Positions 1 to 9,243 of a DNA stretch of 64,000 nt are shown piece by piece. The position numbers and the translations under genes were made by a program. Each line of letters starts with the position of its first letter. The stretch's first letter is position 1. The DNA is from Pseudomonadota bacterium (lineage in GTDB: Bacteria; Pseudomonadota; Alphaproteobacteria; Micropepsales; Micropepsaceae), in assembly GCA_041192105.1 (NCBI GenBank), contig JBEENS010000003.1, forward strand, positions 12,048-76,047, given 5' to 3'. Under the pieces are notes generated by a model. The model was not told the DNA's origin. It worked only from the letters and a program-made list of their open reading frames with translations, and made no database searches.

Positions 1-1106
1 TACTGCAGCTGGCGGCGCTGCTTTATTTTACCGGCGGCATCGCCAATCCCTTCGCCCTGATGTTCGTGGGCCCGGTGGTGATCGCCGCCGCCACTCTCAA
101 TCTCGGCAATGTGCTGATCCTGGCCTTCATCGCCTTTGCCTCGGTGTCGGTGATCGCCATCGAGCATCGTCCGCTGCCCTGGCCGGAAGGCGATATCCTG
201 CTGTTGCCGCAGCTTTACCAGGCGGGCATCTGGACGGCGCTGGTGATCGGCATCGGCTTCACCTCGGTCTATGCCTGGCGCATCGCCAGTGAATCGGCGC
301 GCATGTCGGCGGGCCTTGCCGCCACCCAGCTGGCTTTGTCGCGCGAGCATCGCCTGGCGGCGCTGGGCGCACTGGCCACGGCGGCGGCGCATGAACTGGG
401 CACGCCGCTCGGCACCATCGCGGTGGTGGCGCGCGAACTGGAACGGGCGCTGCCGGAAAACTCCACCGAAATCGAGGATGTCCGCCTGCTGCGCGCCCAG
501 GCCGAACGCTGCCGGACCATCATCGCCCGGCTGGCCAATCCCGAAGAGGCGCTGCTGGGCGCCACCGCGCGGCTGCCGCTGGGCGCGCTGCTGGATGACA
601 TCGCCGCGCCCCATCGCGGCGAGGATCTGGAAATCCGCGTCACCGTGACCCCGCCGCCCATTACATCCAAGGGGGACGGCGCGGCGCCCCAGGTGTGGCG
701 TGCGCCGGAGCTGCTGCACGGGCTGGGGAACATCATCGAGAATGCCGCCGACTTCGCCCATTCCCTGGTGGAGGTACGTGCCGACTGGGACGACCAGTAT
801 CTGCGCATCGCGGTTACCGACGACGGTCCCGGTTTCGCGCCCGAAATCTTCGAGGCGCTGGGCGAGCCCTACATCACCTCGCGCCCCGGACATCATGCAC
901 TGGCCGAAACCGAAATCGGGCCGCAAGGCGCTTTGGACGAGCATGAAGGCATGGGCCTGGGCTTCTTCATCGCCAAGATCCTGCTGGAACAGACCGGGGG
1001 GGTGGTAAAGGCCGACAATCCGCCGGGCGGCGGGGCGCAGGTTTCGGTAAGCTGGCCCAGGGGCGTGATTGACGGGGCGCAGCCCCCGGCGCAAACCGAG
1101 GCCTAG
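1..1106 (+). CDS. regB: Redox-sensing histidine kinase, RegB/PrrB/ActS family (5' end lies outside the window)
   Basis: The frame is open from the window edge. It shows the GGIANPF quinone-site heptapeptide at the start, H-box HELGTPLGTI, a redox-box Cys (AERCRTII), and ATP-binding G boxes (DDGPGF, GMGLGFFIAK). The cognate regulator gene follows. Confidence 0.85.
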   Translation, partial: LQLAALLYFTGGIANPFALMFVGPVVIAAATLNLGNVLILAFIAFASVSVIAIEHRPLPWPEGDILLLPQLYQAGIWTALVIGIGFTSVYAWRIASESARMSAGLAATQLALSREHRLAALGALATAAAHELGTPLGTIAVVARELERALPENSTEIEDVRLLRAQAERCRTIIARLANPEEALLGATARLPLGALLDDIAAPHRGEDLEIRVTVTPPPITSKGDGAAPQVWRAPELLHGLGNIIENAADFAHSLVEVRADWDDQYLRIAVTDDGPGFAPEIFEALGEPYITSRPGHHALAETEIGPQGALDEHEGMGLGFFIAKILLEQTGGVVKADNPPGGGAQVSVSWPRGVIDGAQPPAQTEA

Positions 1107-1187
1107 GCCCTAAACCCCTTAATTGTTTGACGCATTATCAAAAGGGTACTAAAGCGCGGCCCGTTGGCCCCTGCGCCGACACTGGGA

Positions 1188-1730
1188 ATGACCATGAACG
1201 CCCCCGAAGAAAAGACCTTGCTGCTGGTGGAAGACGACCGCCCCTTTCGCGAGCGTTTGGCCCGGGCGCTGGAAACCCGAGGCTTCATCGTCACCCAGGC
1301 GGAGTCGGTGGCCGAGGGCAAAGCCCGCGCCAAGGATGCGCCGCCGGCCTATGCCGTGGTCGATCTCAAGCTGGATGACGGCAATGGCCTGGATGTGGTG
1401 GAAACGCTGCACACCACCCGTCCCGACAGCCGCGTGGTGGTGCTGACCGGCTTCGGCAACATCGCCACCGCCGTCGCTGCCGTGAAATATGGCGCCATCG
1501 ATTACCTTCCCAAGCCCGCCGATGCCGACGACATCCTGGCGGCGCTGCTGGCGGTGCCGGGTTCCAAGCCCAAGCCGCCGGAAAATCCCATGTCGGCCGA
1601 CCGGGTGCGTTGGGAACATATCCAGCGCGTCTATGAACTGTGCGGCCACAATGTTTCAGAGACGGCGCGCCGTCTCAACATGCATCGCCGCACTTTGCAG
1701 CGCATTCTGGCAAAACGCTCACCGCGCTAG
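1188..1730 (+). CDS. regA: Response regulator RegA/PrrA/ActR (receiver plus Fis-type HTH)
   Basis: Receiver motifs LLLVEDD and VVDLKLDDGNG, plus the highly conserved C-terminal HTH CGHNVSETARRLNMHRRTLQRILAKR. I prefer the ATG at 1188 over the TTG at 1164. Confidence 0.9.
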   Translation: MTMNAPEEKTLLLVEDDRPFRERLARALETRGFIVTQAESVAEGKARAKDAPPAYAVVDLKLDDGNGLDVVETLHTTRPDSRVVVLTGFGNIATAVAAVKYGAIDYLPKPADADDILAALLAVPGSKPKPPENPMSADRVRWEHIQRVYELCGHNVSETARRLNMHRRTLQRILAKRSPR

Positions 1731-2641
1731 GCGTTGGCCGTTGCAACACTCTCGCGCTGGCCCATGCCACGCATCGCCCACAAGACGGGGCCATATTTCA
1801 CCATTGCCAGGGACAGCGGCATGGTCGCCGCGCCTGCGATCATGTCCATCAGATAGTGACCGCCGAAAAATGGTATGGCGAACAGCATCACCAGATTGAG
1901 GCCGGCCATGGCCCATCCGGCTGGACCGGTGCCGCGGAAGGCCCAGGCATAGGCCAGCGCCATGGCGGTGTGGAAGGAGGGAAAGCTCACCACGCCGGTC
2001 ATGCCCGACAATGCGAAGCTGAGATCACGGCCGCTGAGAATATGCTCCATCACCGGCATGAAGCCGTTATGGGTTTCGATGTTGAACAGCTTGGATGGGC
2101 CCAGCGCGGGAAACAGCCACGTGCCCATGCAGGCGAAAAGCCCGCACAGGACGAACAGCCAGAACATGTCGCGCAGCCGCTGCTTGTGGCCCATCAGTCC
2201 CATCAGCACGCAGAGATACAGGCCCTGATAGACCAGGCTGCCATAGGAAAAGCCCAGCACGCTTTTCAGTGACGGATGGGCGCTGAGAAACTGGTAGGAC
2301 GCCAGCCAGTCGAAACCCAGGGCGCGGTCCATCGCCATCAGGCGGGTATCCACCAGCGGTCCTGATGAGGCGAGACAAAGATAGGACAGGACGCAGATCG
2401 CGGTGGAGCCGGCCAGGGTCAGCGAAAAATATTCCGCCATTAGTCCGCCCTTGGGCAGGCGCGCGGCGCGCAAGGCCACCATGATCGCCAGGCCCAGGCC
2501 CAGCACCAGAAAATCGGTGGGGCGCAGGGTAAACCGCATCGGGATGCGGCTCGCCCAGACGATATCCAGCGCAACCAGAAGCGCAATCGCGCACCATTCT
2601 GGCACAAATTCGCTGTTCAGCCTGCGTTTCAGCCCCGTCAT
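1727..2641 (-). CDS. PAP2-superfamily integral membrane protein (phosphatase or phosphotransferase-like)
   Basis: Multi-pass hydrophobic protein with PAP2-like motifs SFPSFH and GGHYLMDMIAG (HxxxD). No closer assignment is possible. Confidence 0.6.
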   Translation of the reverse strand: MTGLKRRLNSEFVPEWCAIALLVALDIVWASRIPMRFTLRPTDFLVLGLGLAIMVALRAARLPKGGLMAEYFSLTLAGSTAICVLSYLCLASSGPLVDTRLMAMDRALGFDWLASYQFLSAHPSLKSVLGFSYGSLVYQGLYLCVLMGLMGHKQRLRDMFWLFVLCGLFACMGTWLFPALGPSKLFNIETHNGFMPVMEHILSGRDLSFALSGMTGVVSFPSFHTAMALAYAWAFRGTGPAGWAMAGLNLVMLFAIPFFGGHYLMDMIAGAATMPLSLAMVKYGPVLWAMRGMGQRESVATANA

Positions 2642-2673
2642 GGGCCAGGCATTGCAAGCCCGTCACCAGAAAT

Positions 2674-3054
2674 TCAGCGCTTAACCGTCTTTGCGGATTT
2701 TTTTGCACGCACTGGTTTTTTCCTTGGTTTTTTCTTGGGCGCCGCCGCCAGCTGTGCCGCGCGGCCCACCAGGATCTCCTTCAGCGTCTTTTTGTCCAGC
2801 GCCGACAGCCGCGCCAGCGCGAAGGGGAATTTGCGATAGTGATCGGTGAAGTAGAAAAGCTTCGGCTCGGCCTCCAGCATCATGTCGCGCATCTCCATCG
2901 AGCCGATGCGCAGCACCATGGCGTCTTCTTTGTCATGCACCTTGGTGAGGAACTGGTCATGGATGAACACTTCCGGCTTGATGAACCACAGCCGTTCTTC
3001 GCTGCCGGGCAGCGCCAGCGCGATCTTCCAGCCATCACTTCGCTTAATTGCCAT
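2674..3054 (-). CDS. Hypothetical protein with a lysine-rich basic C-terminal tail
   Basis: ORF with coding-like composition that starts MAIKRSDGW and ends in a PKKKPRKKPVRAKKSAKTVKR tail. It lies downstream of hisB on the same strand. A YjbR/MmcQ-like fold is only a guess. Confidence 0.45.
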   Translation of the reverse strand: MAIKRSDGWKIALALPGSEERLWFIKPEVFIHDQFLTKVHDKEDAMVLRIGSMEMRDMMLEAEPKLFYFTDHYRKFPFALARLSALDKKTLKEILVGRAAQLAAAPKKKPRKKPVRAKKSAKTVKR

Positions 3055-3195
3055 CGGGCACCACAAGGTTGGGGGTTTGCGCCAGGGCGATGGCTTCCAG
3101 GTGGCGCGAATAGCCTTCTTCCAGCAGAAGACGGCTCACCCCGCGTGCGATTTTGAGCGCGGTGGACGAACTGATCATGGGACCAGTCTAAGGAC

Positions 3196-3783
3196 TTACA
3201 GGCTGCCTTTGGAAGACGGAGAAGCGCCGTCGAGCCGCTCATCGGTCGTGATGGCTTGCCGCAGCGCGCGCGCCAGACCCTTGAAGCAGGTCTCGACAAT
3301 ATGATGGCTGTTGTCGGCATAGAGGTTTTCGATGTGCAGGCACGCTCCGGCATTCTGGGCGAAGGCCTGGAACCACTCTTTGAACAGCTCAGTGTCCATC
3401 TCGCCCAGCTTGGGCTTGGGGATGGTCACCTTCCAGATCAGGTAGGGACGGTTGGACAGGTCCAGCGCCACCCGTGTCAGCGCTTCGTCCATCGGGATCA
3501 GGGCCGAACCGAAACGGTTTATGCCGGAAAAATCGCCCAGCGCCTGTTTCACCGCCTGGCCGATGACGATGGCGGTGTCTTCGGTGGTGTGATGATAGTC
3601 GACATGCAGATCGCCGGTGGCGCGCACCTTCAGGTCGATCATGGAATGGCGCGAAAAGCTTTCCAGCATGTGATCGAGGAAGCCGATGCCGGTATCGATG
3701 TCGCTCTCGCCGGTGCCGTCTAGGTCGAGGGAGACGGCGATCTCGGTCTCGCGGGTCTTGCGTTCGACGGTGGCGGTGCGCAT
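3196..3783 (-). CDS. hisB: Imidazoleglycerol-phosphate dehydratase
   Basis: [23 protein letters not shown] start and the conserved IGFLDHML and HHxxE motifs. I chose the start at MRTA (3783) rather than the ORF-track start. Confidence 0.93.
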   Translation of the reverse strand: MRTATVERKTRETEIAVSLDLDGTGESDIDTGIGFLDHMLESFSRHSMIDLKVRATGDLHVDYHHTTEDTAIVIGQAVKQALGDFSGINRFGSALIPMDEALTRVALDLSNRPYLIWKVTIPKPKLGEMDTELFKEWFQAFAQNAGACLHIENLYADNSHHIVETCFKGLARALRQAITTDERLDGASPSSKGSL

Positions 3784-3937
3784 GGCGGATTCCCAAACTT
3801 TGCGGCTGTATAGCACGTGTTCCGGAGTGGGGAATCCCCTTCCTCGCTCTAGGATATGTCATTTTTGGCATATCCTGTTGACCCCCCCGCCAAACCCTGT
3901 AAAGAGAGGCCCGCTTCCAGAATTAAGGACCTCCCGA

Positions 3938-5128
3938 ATGGCGCGTTCCGATTATCTGTTCACTTCCGAAAGCGTTTCCGAAGGCCATCCCGACAAGGTC
4001 AGCGACCGCATCTCGGACGAGGTGGTGGACCTGTTCTTCCGCGAAGGTCCCAAGGAAGGCATGAGCCCCTGGGATATCCGCGCCGCCTGCGAAACCCTTT
4101 GCACCACCAACCGGGTCGTTATCGCCGGCGAAACCCGCGGCCCCAAGAGCGTTGGTCCCAAGGAAGTCGAAGCCGTGGCGCGTGCCGCGATCAAGGACAT
4201 TGGTTACGAGCAGGAAGGCTTCCATTGGGAAAAGGCCCAGGTCGAAGTCCTGCTGCACGCCCAGTCGGCGCATATCGCCCAGGGCGTCGATGCCTCGGGC
4301 AACAAGGATGAAGGCGCGGGCGACCAGGGCATCATGTTCGGCTATGCCTGCCGCGAAACCCCGGCCCTGATGCCGGCGCCGCTGTTCTACAGCCACAAGA
4401 TCCTGGAATTGCTCGCCAAGGTTCGTCATTCCGGCAAGGAAAAGACCCTGCTGCCGGACGCCAAAAGCCAGGTGACGCTACGTTATGTGAACGGCATGCC
4501 GGTGGAAGCGACCCAGATCGTGCTGTCCACCCAGCACGCGCTGGAATCCCAGACCAGCGCCGACATCCGCAAGATCGTCGAGCCCTATATCCGCGAAGCT
4601 CTGCCGAAAGAGTGGATCAACGAAAAGACCGTGTGGCACATCAATCCCACCGGCTCCTTCGTGATTGGCGGCCCCGATGGTGACTGCGGCCTGACCGGGC
4701 GCAAGATCATCGTCGACACCTATGGTGGCGCGGCCCCGCATGGCGGCGGCGCGTTCAGCGGCAAGGACTCCACCAAGGTGGACCGTTCGGCCGCTTACGC
4801 TGCGCGCTACCTCGCCAAGAATGTCGTGGCCTCAGGTGTTGCCGACCGCTGCACCATTCAGCTCGCCTACGCGATCGGCGTCGCCGAGCCGCTGAGCGTC
4901 TATGTCGATCTCCACGGCACCGGCAAGGTGGACGAAGCCAAGCTCGAGCTGGTGTTGCCGCAGCTGATGAACCTGAAGCCGCGCGGCATCCGCGAGCATC
5001 TGGACCTCAACAAGCCGATCTTCGCCCGCACCGCCGCCTACGGCCATTTCGGCCGCGAGCCGGATGCCGACGGCGGCTTCTCCTGGGAGAAGACCGACTT
5101 GGCCGACAAGATCAAAGCGGCGCTCTAG
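3938..5128 (+). CDS. metK: S-adenosylmethionine synthetase
   Basis: [23 protein letters not shown] start, GAGDQG, and GGGAFSGKD. The ATG at 3938 is in frame with the longer track ORF. Confidence 0.95.
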   Translation: MARSDYLFTSESVSEGHPDKVSDRISDEVVDLFFREGPKEGMSPWDIRAACETLCTTNRVVIAGETRGPKSVGPKEVEAVARAAIKDIGYEQEGFHWEKAQVEVLLHAQSAHIAQGVDASGNKDEGAGDQGIMFGYACRETPALMPAPLFYSHKILELLAKVRHSGKEKTLLPDAKSQVTLRYVNGMPVEATQIVLSTQHALESQTSADIRKIVEPYIREALPKEWINEKTVWHINPTGSFVIGGPDGDCGLTGRKIIVDTYGGAAPHGGGAFSGKDSTKVDRSAAYAARYLAKNVVASGVADRCTIQLAYAIGVAEPLSVYVDLHGTGKVDEAKLELVLPQLMNLKPRGIREHLDLNKPIFARTAAYGHFGREPDADGGFSWEKTDLADKIKAAL

Positions 5129-5251
5129 GACCGATCTGTATCCGCGCGCCTTCGCGACGCCCGGGCGCAAAGCTCCACTGGAGCTCTTTGCGAAAATCCC
5201 CGGGCGGCGCTCGGCGTTCGGCTAGCAGGATGCTAGCCGAACAGGGCAGGA

Positions 5252-5974
5252 ATGCTGTTTAAGGCACCGATGTCCGAACAATCGCCCGACCACCCCGATC
5301 GCAACCGGCGCAAACTCTATGGCCGCCGCAAGGGTCCCAAGCTGTCGGGCCGGCAGGCCGACCTGCGCCAGACCCTGCTGGGCGAACTGGCCTGGCGGAT
5401 TGGTGGTGATCCTTTGGCGCAGTTCCCGAACAGCGTTCGGGAGATCTGGTTGGAGGTTGGATTTGGCGCCGGCGAACATCTGGTCTGGCAGGCCGCGCAC
5501 CATCCCAACGTCGGCGTGATCGGCGCCGAGCCCTATCAGATGGGCGTCGCCAAACTACTGACAAAGCTTGAAGAATCACTGCTGAATACTGTTCGTATCC
5601 ATGAAGGGGACGGGCGGGACATCATCGAGGCCTTGCCGGATTCCAGCCTGGGCCGGTTCTTTCTGCTGTTCCCCGATCCCTGGCCCAAGACCCGCCATTA
5701 CAAACGCCGTTTCCTGCAGATGGAGATGCTGGGTCAGTTGGCCCGGGTGCTGAAGCCGGGGGCGGAGCTGCGCTTCGCCACCGACGATAAATCCTATGTG
5801 CCCTATGCCCTGGAACGGCTGATGGCCCATCCCGCCTTTGAATGGCTGGCGCAGGGGGCGCCTGACTGGAAGACGCGGCCCGACGACTGGCCGCCAACCC
5901 GTTATGAAACAAAGGCAATTAAGGGCCCGCCGACCTTCCTTAGGTTCAGGCGCAAGGCTAGGCTGGGGCAATGA
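5252..5974 (+). CDS. trmB: tRNA (guanine-N7)-methyltransferase
   Basis: EVGFGAGEH SAM-binding site and the FPDPWPK signature. Confidence 0.9.
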   Translation: MLFKAPMSEQSPDHPDRNRRKLYGRRKGPKLSGRQADLRQTLLGELAWRIGGDPLAQFPNSVREIWLEVGFGAGEHLVWQAAHHPNVGVIGAEPYQMGVAKLLTKLEESLLNTVRIHEGDGRDIIEALPDSSLGRFFLLFPDPWPKTRHYKRRFLQMEMLGQLARVLKPGAELRFATDDKSYVPYALERLMAHPAFEWLAQGAPDWKTRPDDWPPTRYETKAIKGPPTFLRFRRKARLGQ

Positions 5975-6213
5975 TCTTCCGCAAAAAACGCGATCCCGAA
6001 AAACGGCATATTTTCGGCACCCATCCCGGTGACTTGGGCATCGTGGCGATGGCCGCCGTCATCACCCTCGTCTTCGTCTATCTGCTTCTGACACCGAAGA
6101 ATTTCGACGCTCTGGACCGGGCGCTTGCCCCCGCCCCGGCCCCCAAAGTGCAGGCCCAGCCCAGCACGCCGGGGGTCACCCAAATGCAGCTTTACGACGC
6201 CAAAAAGAAGTAA
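5971..6213 (+). CDS. Small hypothetical membrane protein
   Basis: ATGA overlap with the trmB stop. It has one predicted TM helix (LGIVAMAAVITLVFVYLLL). No recognisable family. Confidence 0.35.
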   Translation: MIFRKKRDPEKRHIFGTHPGDLGIVAMAAVITLVFVYLLLTPKNFDALDRALAPAPAPKVQAQPSTPGVTQMQLYDAKKK

Positions 6214-6272
6214 CGCGGCTTGAATTAACGCTGCCCGGGGCGTACATAGCGCCCATTCCCAAACAACAAGAC

Positions 6273-6932
6273 GTGTTGTGTGGCGGTCGCAAGACCGCCG
6301 CGGGGAAAAGCCTTTGGTTTTTGTCCAAGCCCCGAGAAGTTGAATTGGTCGTCACAGCCGCACTGCATCTCGAACCGGTCTTCGAACCCGTCATTGAAAA
6401 GGCGGGCTTCAAGCTCGTGCGCCTGCGCATGATCGGCGGCGCCGCCCGGACCTTGCAGGTGATGGCCGAACGTCCCGACGGCAGCATGGATGTCGAAGGC
6501 TGCGCCATCCTCAGCCACGCGCTGCTGGATTTCATCGAGGTCGAAGACCCGGTCGAAGGCGAGTATGAGATCGAAGTCTCCTCGCCCGGCATCGACCGCC
6601 CGCTGACCCGGCTGATGGATTTTTCGCGCTGGTCCGGCCACGAAGCCAAGATCGAACTGCACGCGCCGGTGCGCAGCGTCAGCGGCGAGGATCCCCGCGA
6701 CCATGCAACGGAAGGCCGCAAGCGTTTTCGCGCCACCCTGATGGGCCTGGATGGCCAGGACGTCATGATCCGCGCCGACAATCTGGATTACCGTTTTCCG
6801 TTTCGCGTCGTCGTCAACGCGAAACTCGTGCTCACCGACAAGCTCATCAACGAAAATTTGAAATCACGCAAAGTGTCAGGAAGCGAAGGCGCAAGCCGGA
6901 GCGACCATCAAACGACTACTGAGGAGAAGTAG
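6273..6932 (+). CDS. rimP: Ribosome maturation factor RimP
   Basis: LEPVFEPVIEKAGFKLVRLR and EVSSPGIDRPL motifs, positioned directly upstream of nusA. The start is uncertain; a TTG at 6345 is an alternative. Confidence 0.85.
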   Translation: MLCGGRKTAAGKSLWFLSKPREVELVVTAALHLEPVFEPVIEKAGFKLVRLRMIGGAARTLQVMAERPDGSMDVEGCAILSHALLDFIEVEDPVEGEYEIEVSSPGIDRPLTRLMDFSRWSGHEAKIELHAPVRSVSGEDPRDHATEGRKRFRATLMGLDGQDVMIRADNLDYRFPFRVVVNAKLVLTDKLINENLKSRKVSGSEGASRSDHQTTTEEK

Positions 6933-6933
6933 A

Positions 6934-8568
6934 ATGGCCATCGCAATTTCCGCCAACCGGCTTGAACTGCTGCAGATCGCCGACGCCGTCGCGCGCGACA
7001 AGTCCATCGACAAGCAGGTCGTGCTGACCGCGATGGAAGAAGCCATGCAGCGCGCCGCCAAGGCCCATTACGGTACCGAGAACGACATCAAGGTCGATAT
7101 CGATCCCAAGACCGGCGAAACACACGTCTCGCGCTATCTGCATGTCATCGAGCAGGTCGAGAACGACAAGATCGAGATTTCGCTGGCCGATGCGCGCAAG
7201 CGCAATCCCGACGCCCAGATCGGCGACATCATCGCCGAAACCCTGCCACCGGTGGAATTCAACCGGATCAATGCCCAGAACGCCAAGCAGGTGATCGTGC
7301 AGAAGGTGCGCGATGCCGAACGCGAGCGCCAGTATGACGAATACAAGGACCGCATCGGCGAAGTGGTGCATGGCGTGGTCAAGCGTTCGGAATTTGGTTC
7401 TGTCGTTGTTGATCTCGGCAAGGCCGAAGGTGTTGTCCGCCGCGACGAGATGATCCCGCGCGAATCCTTCCGCGCCGGCGACCGCATCCGCGCCTATATC
7501 TACGATGTGCGCCGCGAAGCCCGTGGCCCGCAGATCTTCCTGTCGCGCAGCCATCCCCAGTTCATGGTGCGCCTGTTCGCCCAGGAAGTGCCGGAAATCT
7601 ATGACGGCGTGATCGAAATTCGCGCCGTGGCGCGCGATCCGGGCAGCCGCGCCAAGATCGCGGTGATCAGCAAGGACTCTTCCATTGATCCCGTCGGCGC
7701 CTGTGTCGGCATGCGCGGCGTGCGCGTGCAGGCGGTGGTGCAGGAACTGCAGGGCGAACGCATCGACATCATTCCGTGGAACAGCGAAGCGGCGACCTTC
7801 ATCGTCAACGCGCTGGCGCCCGCCGAAGTCACCAAGGTTGTGCTGGACGAAGACACCCACCGCGTCGAAGTGGTGGTGCCCGACGAACAGCTGAGCCTGG
7901 GCATCGGCCGCCGCGGCCAGAATGTGCGCTTGGCCTCGCAGCTGACCGGCTGGCAGATCGACATTCTGACGGAAGCCGAGGAATCGGAACGCCGCCAGAA
8001 GGAATTCGCCACCCGCACGGCGCTGTTCATGGAATCGCTGGACGTGGACGAAACCGTCGCCCAGCTGCTGGCCTCGGAAGGTTTCGCGTCGATTGAAGAC
8101 GTCGCCTATGTCGATCTGGGTGAACTGGCGCAGATCGAGGCCTTTGACGAAGACACCGCACAGGAGCTGCAAAGCCGCGCGGTGGAATTCATCGAAGCCC
8201 GCAACAAGGACATGGACGACAAGCGCCTGGCGCTGGGCGTCACCGACGACGTGCTGGAAGTCGAGGGCGTCACCTCCGCCATGGCGGTTGCCCTGGGCGA
8301 GCACGAGGTCAAGACGCTGGAAGACCTGGCCGGCTGCGCCACCGATGACCTGATCGGCTATTACGAGGTCAACAAGGAAAAGGAGCGCGTCCGTATCCCG
8401 GGCGCGCTGGACGGCTTCAATCTCACGTCCGACGATGCCAACGCCATCGTCATGAAGGCGCGCGTCAAGATCGGCTGGATTGAAGAAGAACCGGTCGTGG
8501 AAGAGGCTGCCGAAGAAGTCGAGGCGACAGGCGAGAACGCTGACGGCGAGGAGAAGACCGAAGCCTGA
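6934..8568 (+). CDS. nusA: Transcription termination/antitermination factor NusA
   Basis: Full-length NusA with S1 and KH domains ([42 protein letters not shown]) and an acidic C-terminal repeat. Confidence 0.96.
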   Translation: MAIAISANRLELLQIADAVARDKSIDKQVVLTAMEEAMQRAAKAHYGTENDIKVDIDPKTGETHVSRYLHVIEQVENDKIEISLADARKRNPDAQIGDIIAETLPPVEFNRINAQNAKQVIVQKVRDAERERQYDEYKDRIGEVVHGVVKRSEFGSVVVDLGKAEGVVRRDEMIPRESFRAGDRIRAYIYDVRREARGPQIFLSRSHPQFMVRLFAQEVPEIYDGVIEIRAVARDPGSRAKIAVISKDSSIDPVGACVGMRGVRVQAVVQELQGERIDIIPWNSEAATFIVNALAPAEVTKVVLDEDTHRVEVVVPDEQLSLGIGRRGQNVRLASQLTGWQIDILTEAEESERRQKEFATRTALFMESLDVDETVAQLLASEGFASIEDVAYVDLGELAQIEAFDEDTAQELQSRAVEFIEARNKDMDDKRLALGVTDDVLEVEGVTSAMAVALGEHEVKTLEDLAGCATDDLIGYYEVNKEKERVRIPGALDGFNLTSDDANAIVMKARVKIGWIEEEPVVEEAAEEVEATGENADGEEKTEA

Positions 8569-9221
8569 TGATCGACGCGGCGGATAAAATGGATGAGACG
8601 GACGATGTGCGGGGCGCGCGTGAGCGCCGCGATATCGTGTCGGGCACCGTCATGCCCGACAGCCGCCTGATGCGTTTTGTCGCCGATCCCGATGGCCAGG
8701 TGGTGCCGGACGCGGCGGGCAAGCTGCCCGGCCGCGGTTTGTGGGTCGCCTCGACCCGGGCCGCGATCAAGACGGCGGTGGAGAAGAAGCTTTTTGCCCG
8801 CGCCGCCAAGGCTCCCGTCACTGCAACGCCCGATCTCGCTGACCGTGCCGAGAAGGCGCTGGTGACGCGGATGCTGGGTGACCTGGGCATCGCGCGGCGC
8901 GGCGGCAGCCTGCTGCTGGGCTTCGACAATGTGCTCCGGGGCTTGCAAAGCGCCAAGCCGCCCAAGGTGCTGATCGAAGCCTTTGATGGTGCGGCCGACG
9001 GCAAGCGCAAATTGTACGCCGCCGCACATCGGCTGGAACTGAACTGCGTGGTGATTGAAAGCCTGAACAGCGCCGAATTGGGCTTGGCGCTGGGACGCGA
9101 GAATGTGATACATGCCGCCGTCCAGCCGGGCGGTCTTGCCGAACGTTTGACCTTTGATGCGGAACGCCTTTTGGGCTTCCGTGAACGGCCCTTGGCCCGG
9201 AACGAAAGCCCGCGAGCGTGA
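8568..9221 (+). CDS. YlxR/DUF448-type RNA-binding protein with an L7Ae-like C-terminal part
   Basis: Sits in the conserved position between nusA and infB, with a TGATG overlap with nusA. It has the DUF448-like core RDIVSGTVMPDSRLMRFV...PGRGLWV. Confidence 0.8.
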   Translation: MIDAADKMDETDDVRGARERRDIVSGTVMPDSRLMRFVADPDGQVVPDAAGKLPGRGLWVASTRAAIKTAVEKKLFARAAKAPVTATPDLADRAEKALVTRMLGDLGIARRGGSLLLGFDNVLRGLQSAKPPKVLIEAFDGAADGKRKLYAAAHRLELNCVVIESLNSAELGLALGRENVIHAAVQPGGLAERLTFDAERLLGFRERPLARNESPRA

Positions 9222-9243
9222 GCGAGCTTAAAGAAAGAAAGTC

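Noticed and set aside
3817-3937. A SAM riboswitch upstream of metK.
   Set aside because: I could not match the SAM-II, SAM-V or SAM-SAH consensus by eye. Only a short palindrome is present. I keep it as a low-interest finding that needs a covariance-model scan, not as a feature.
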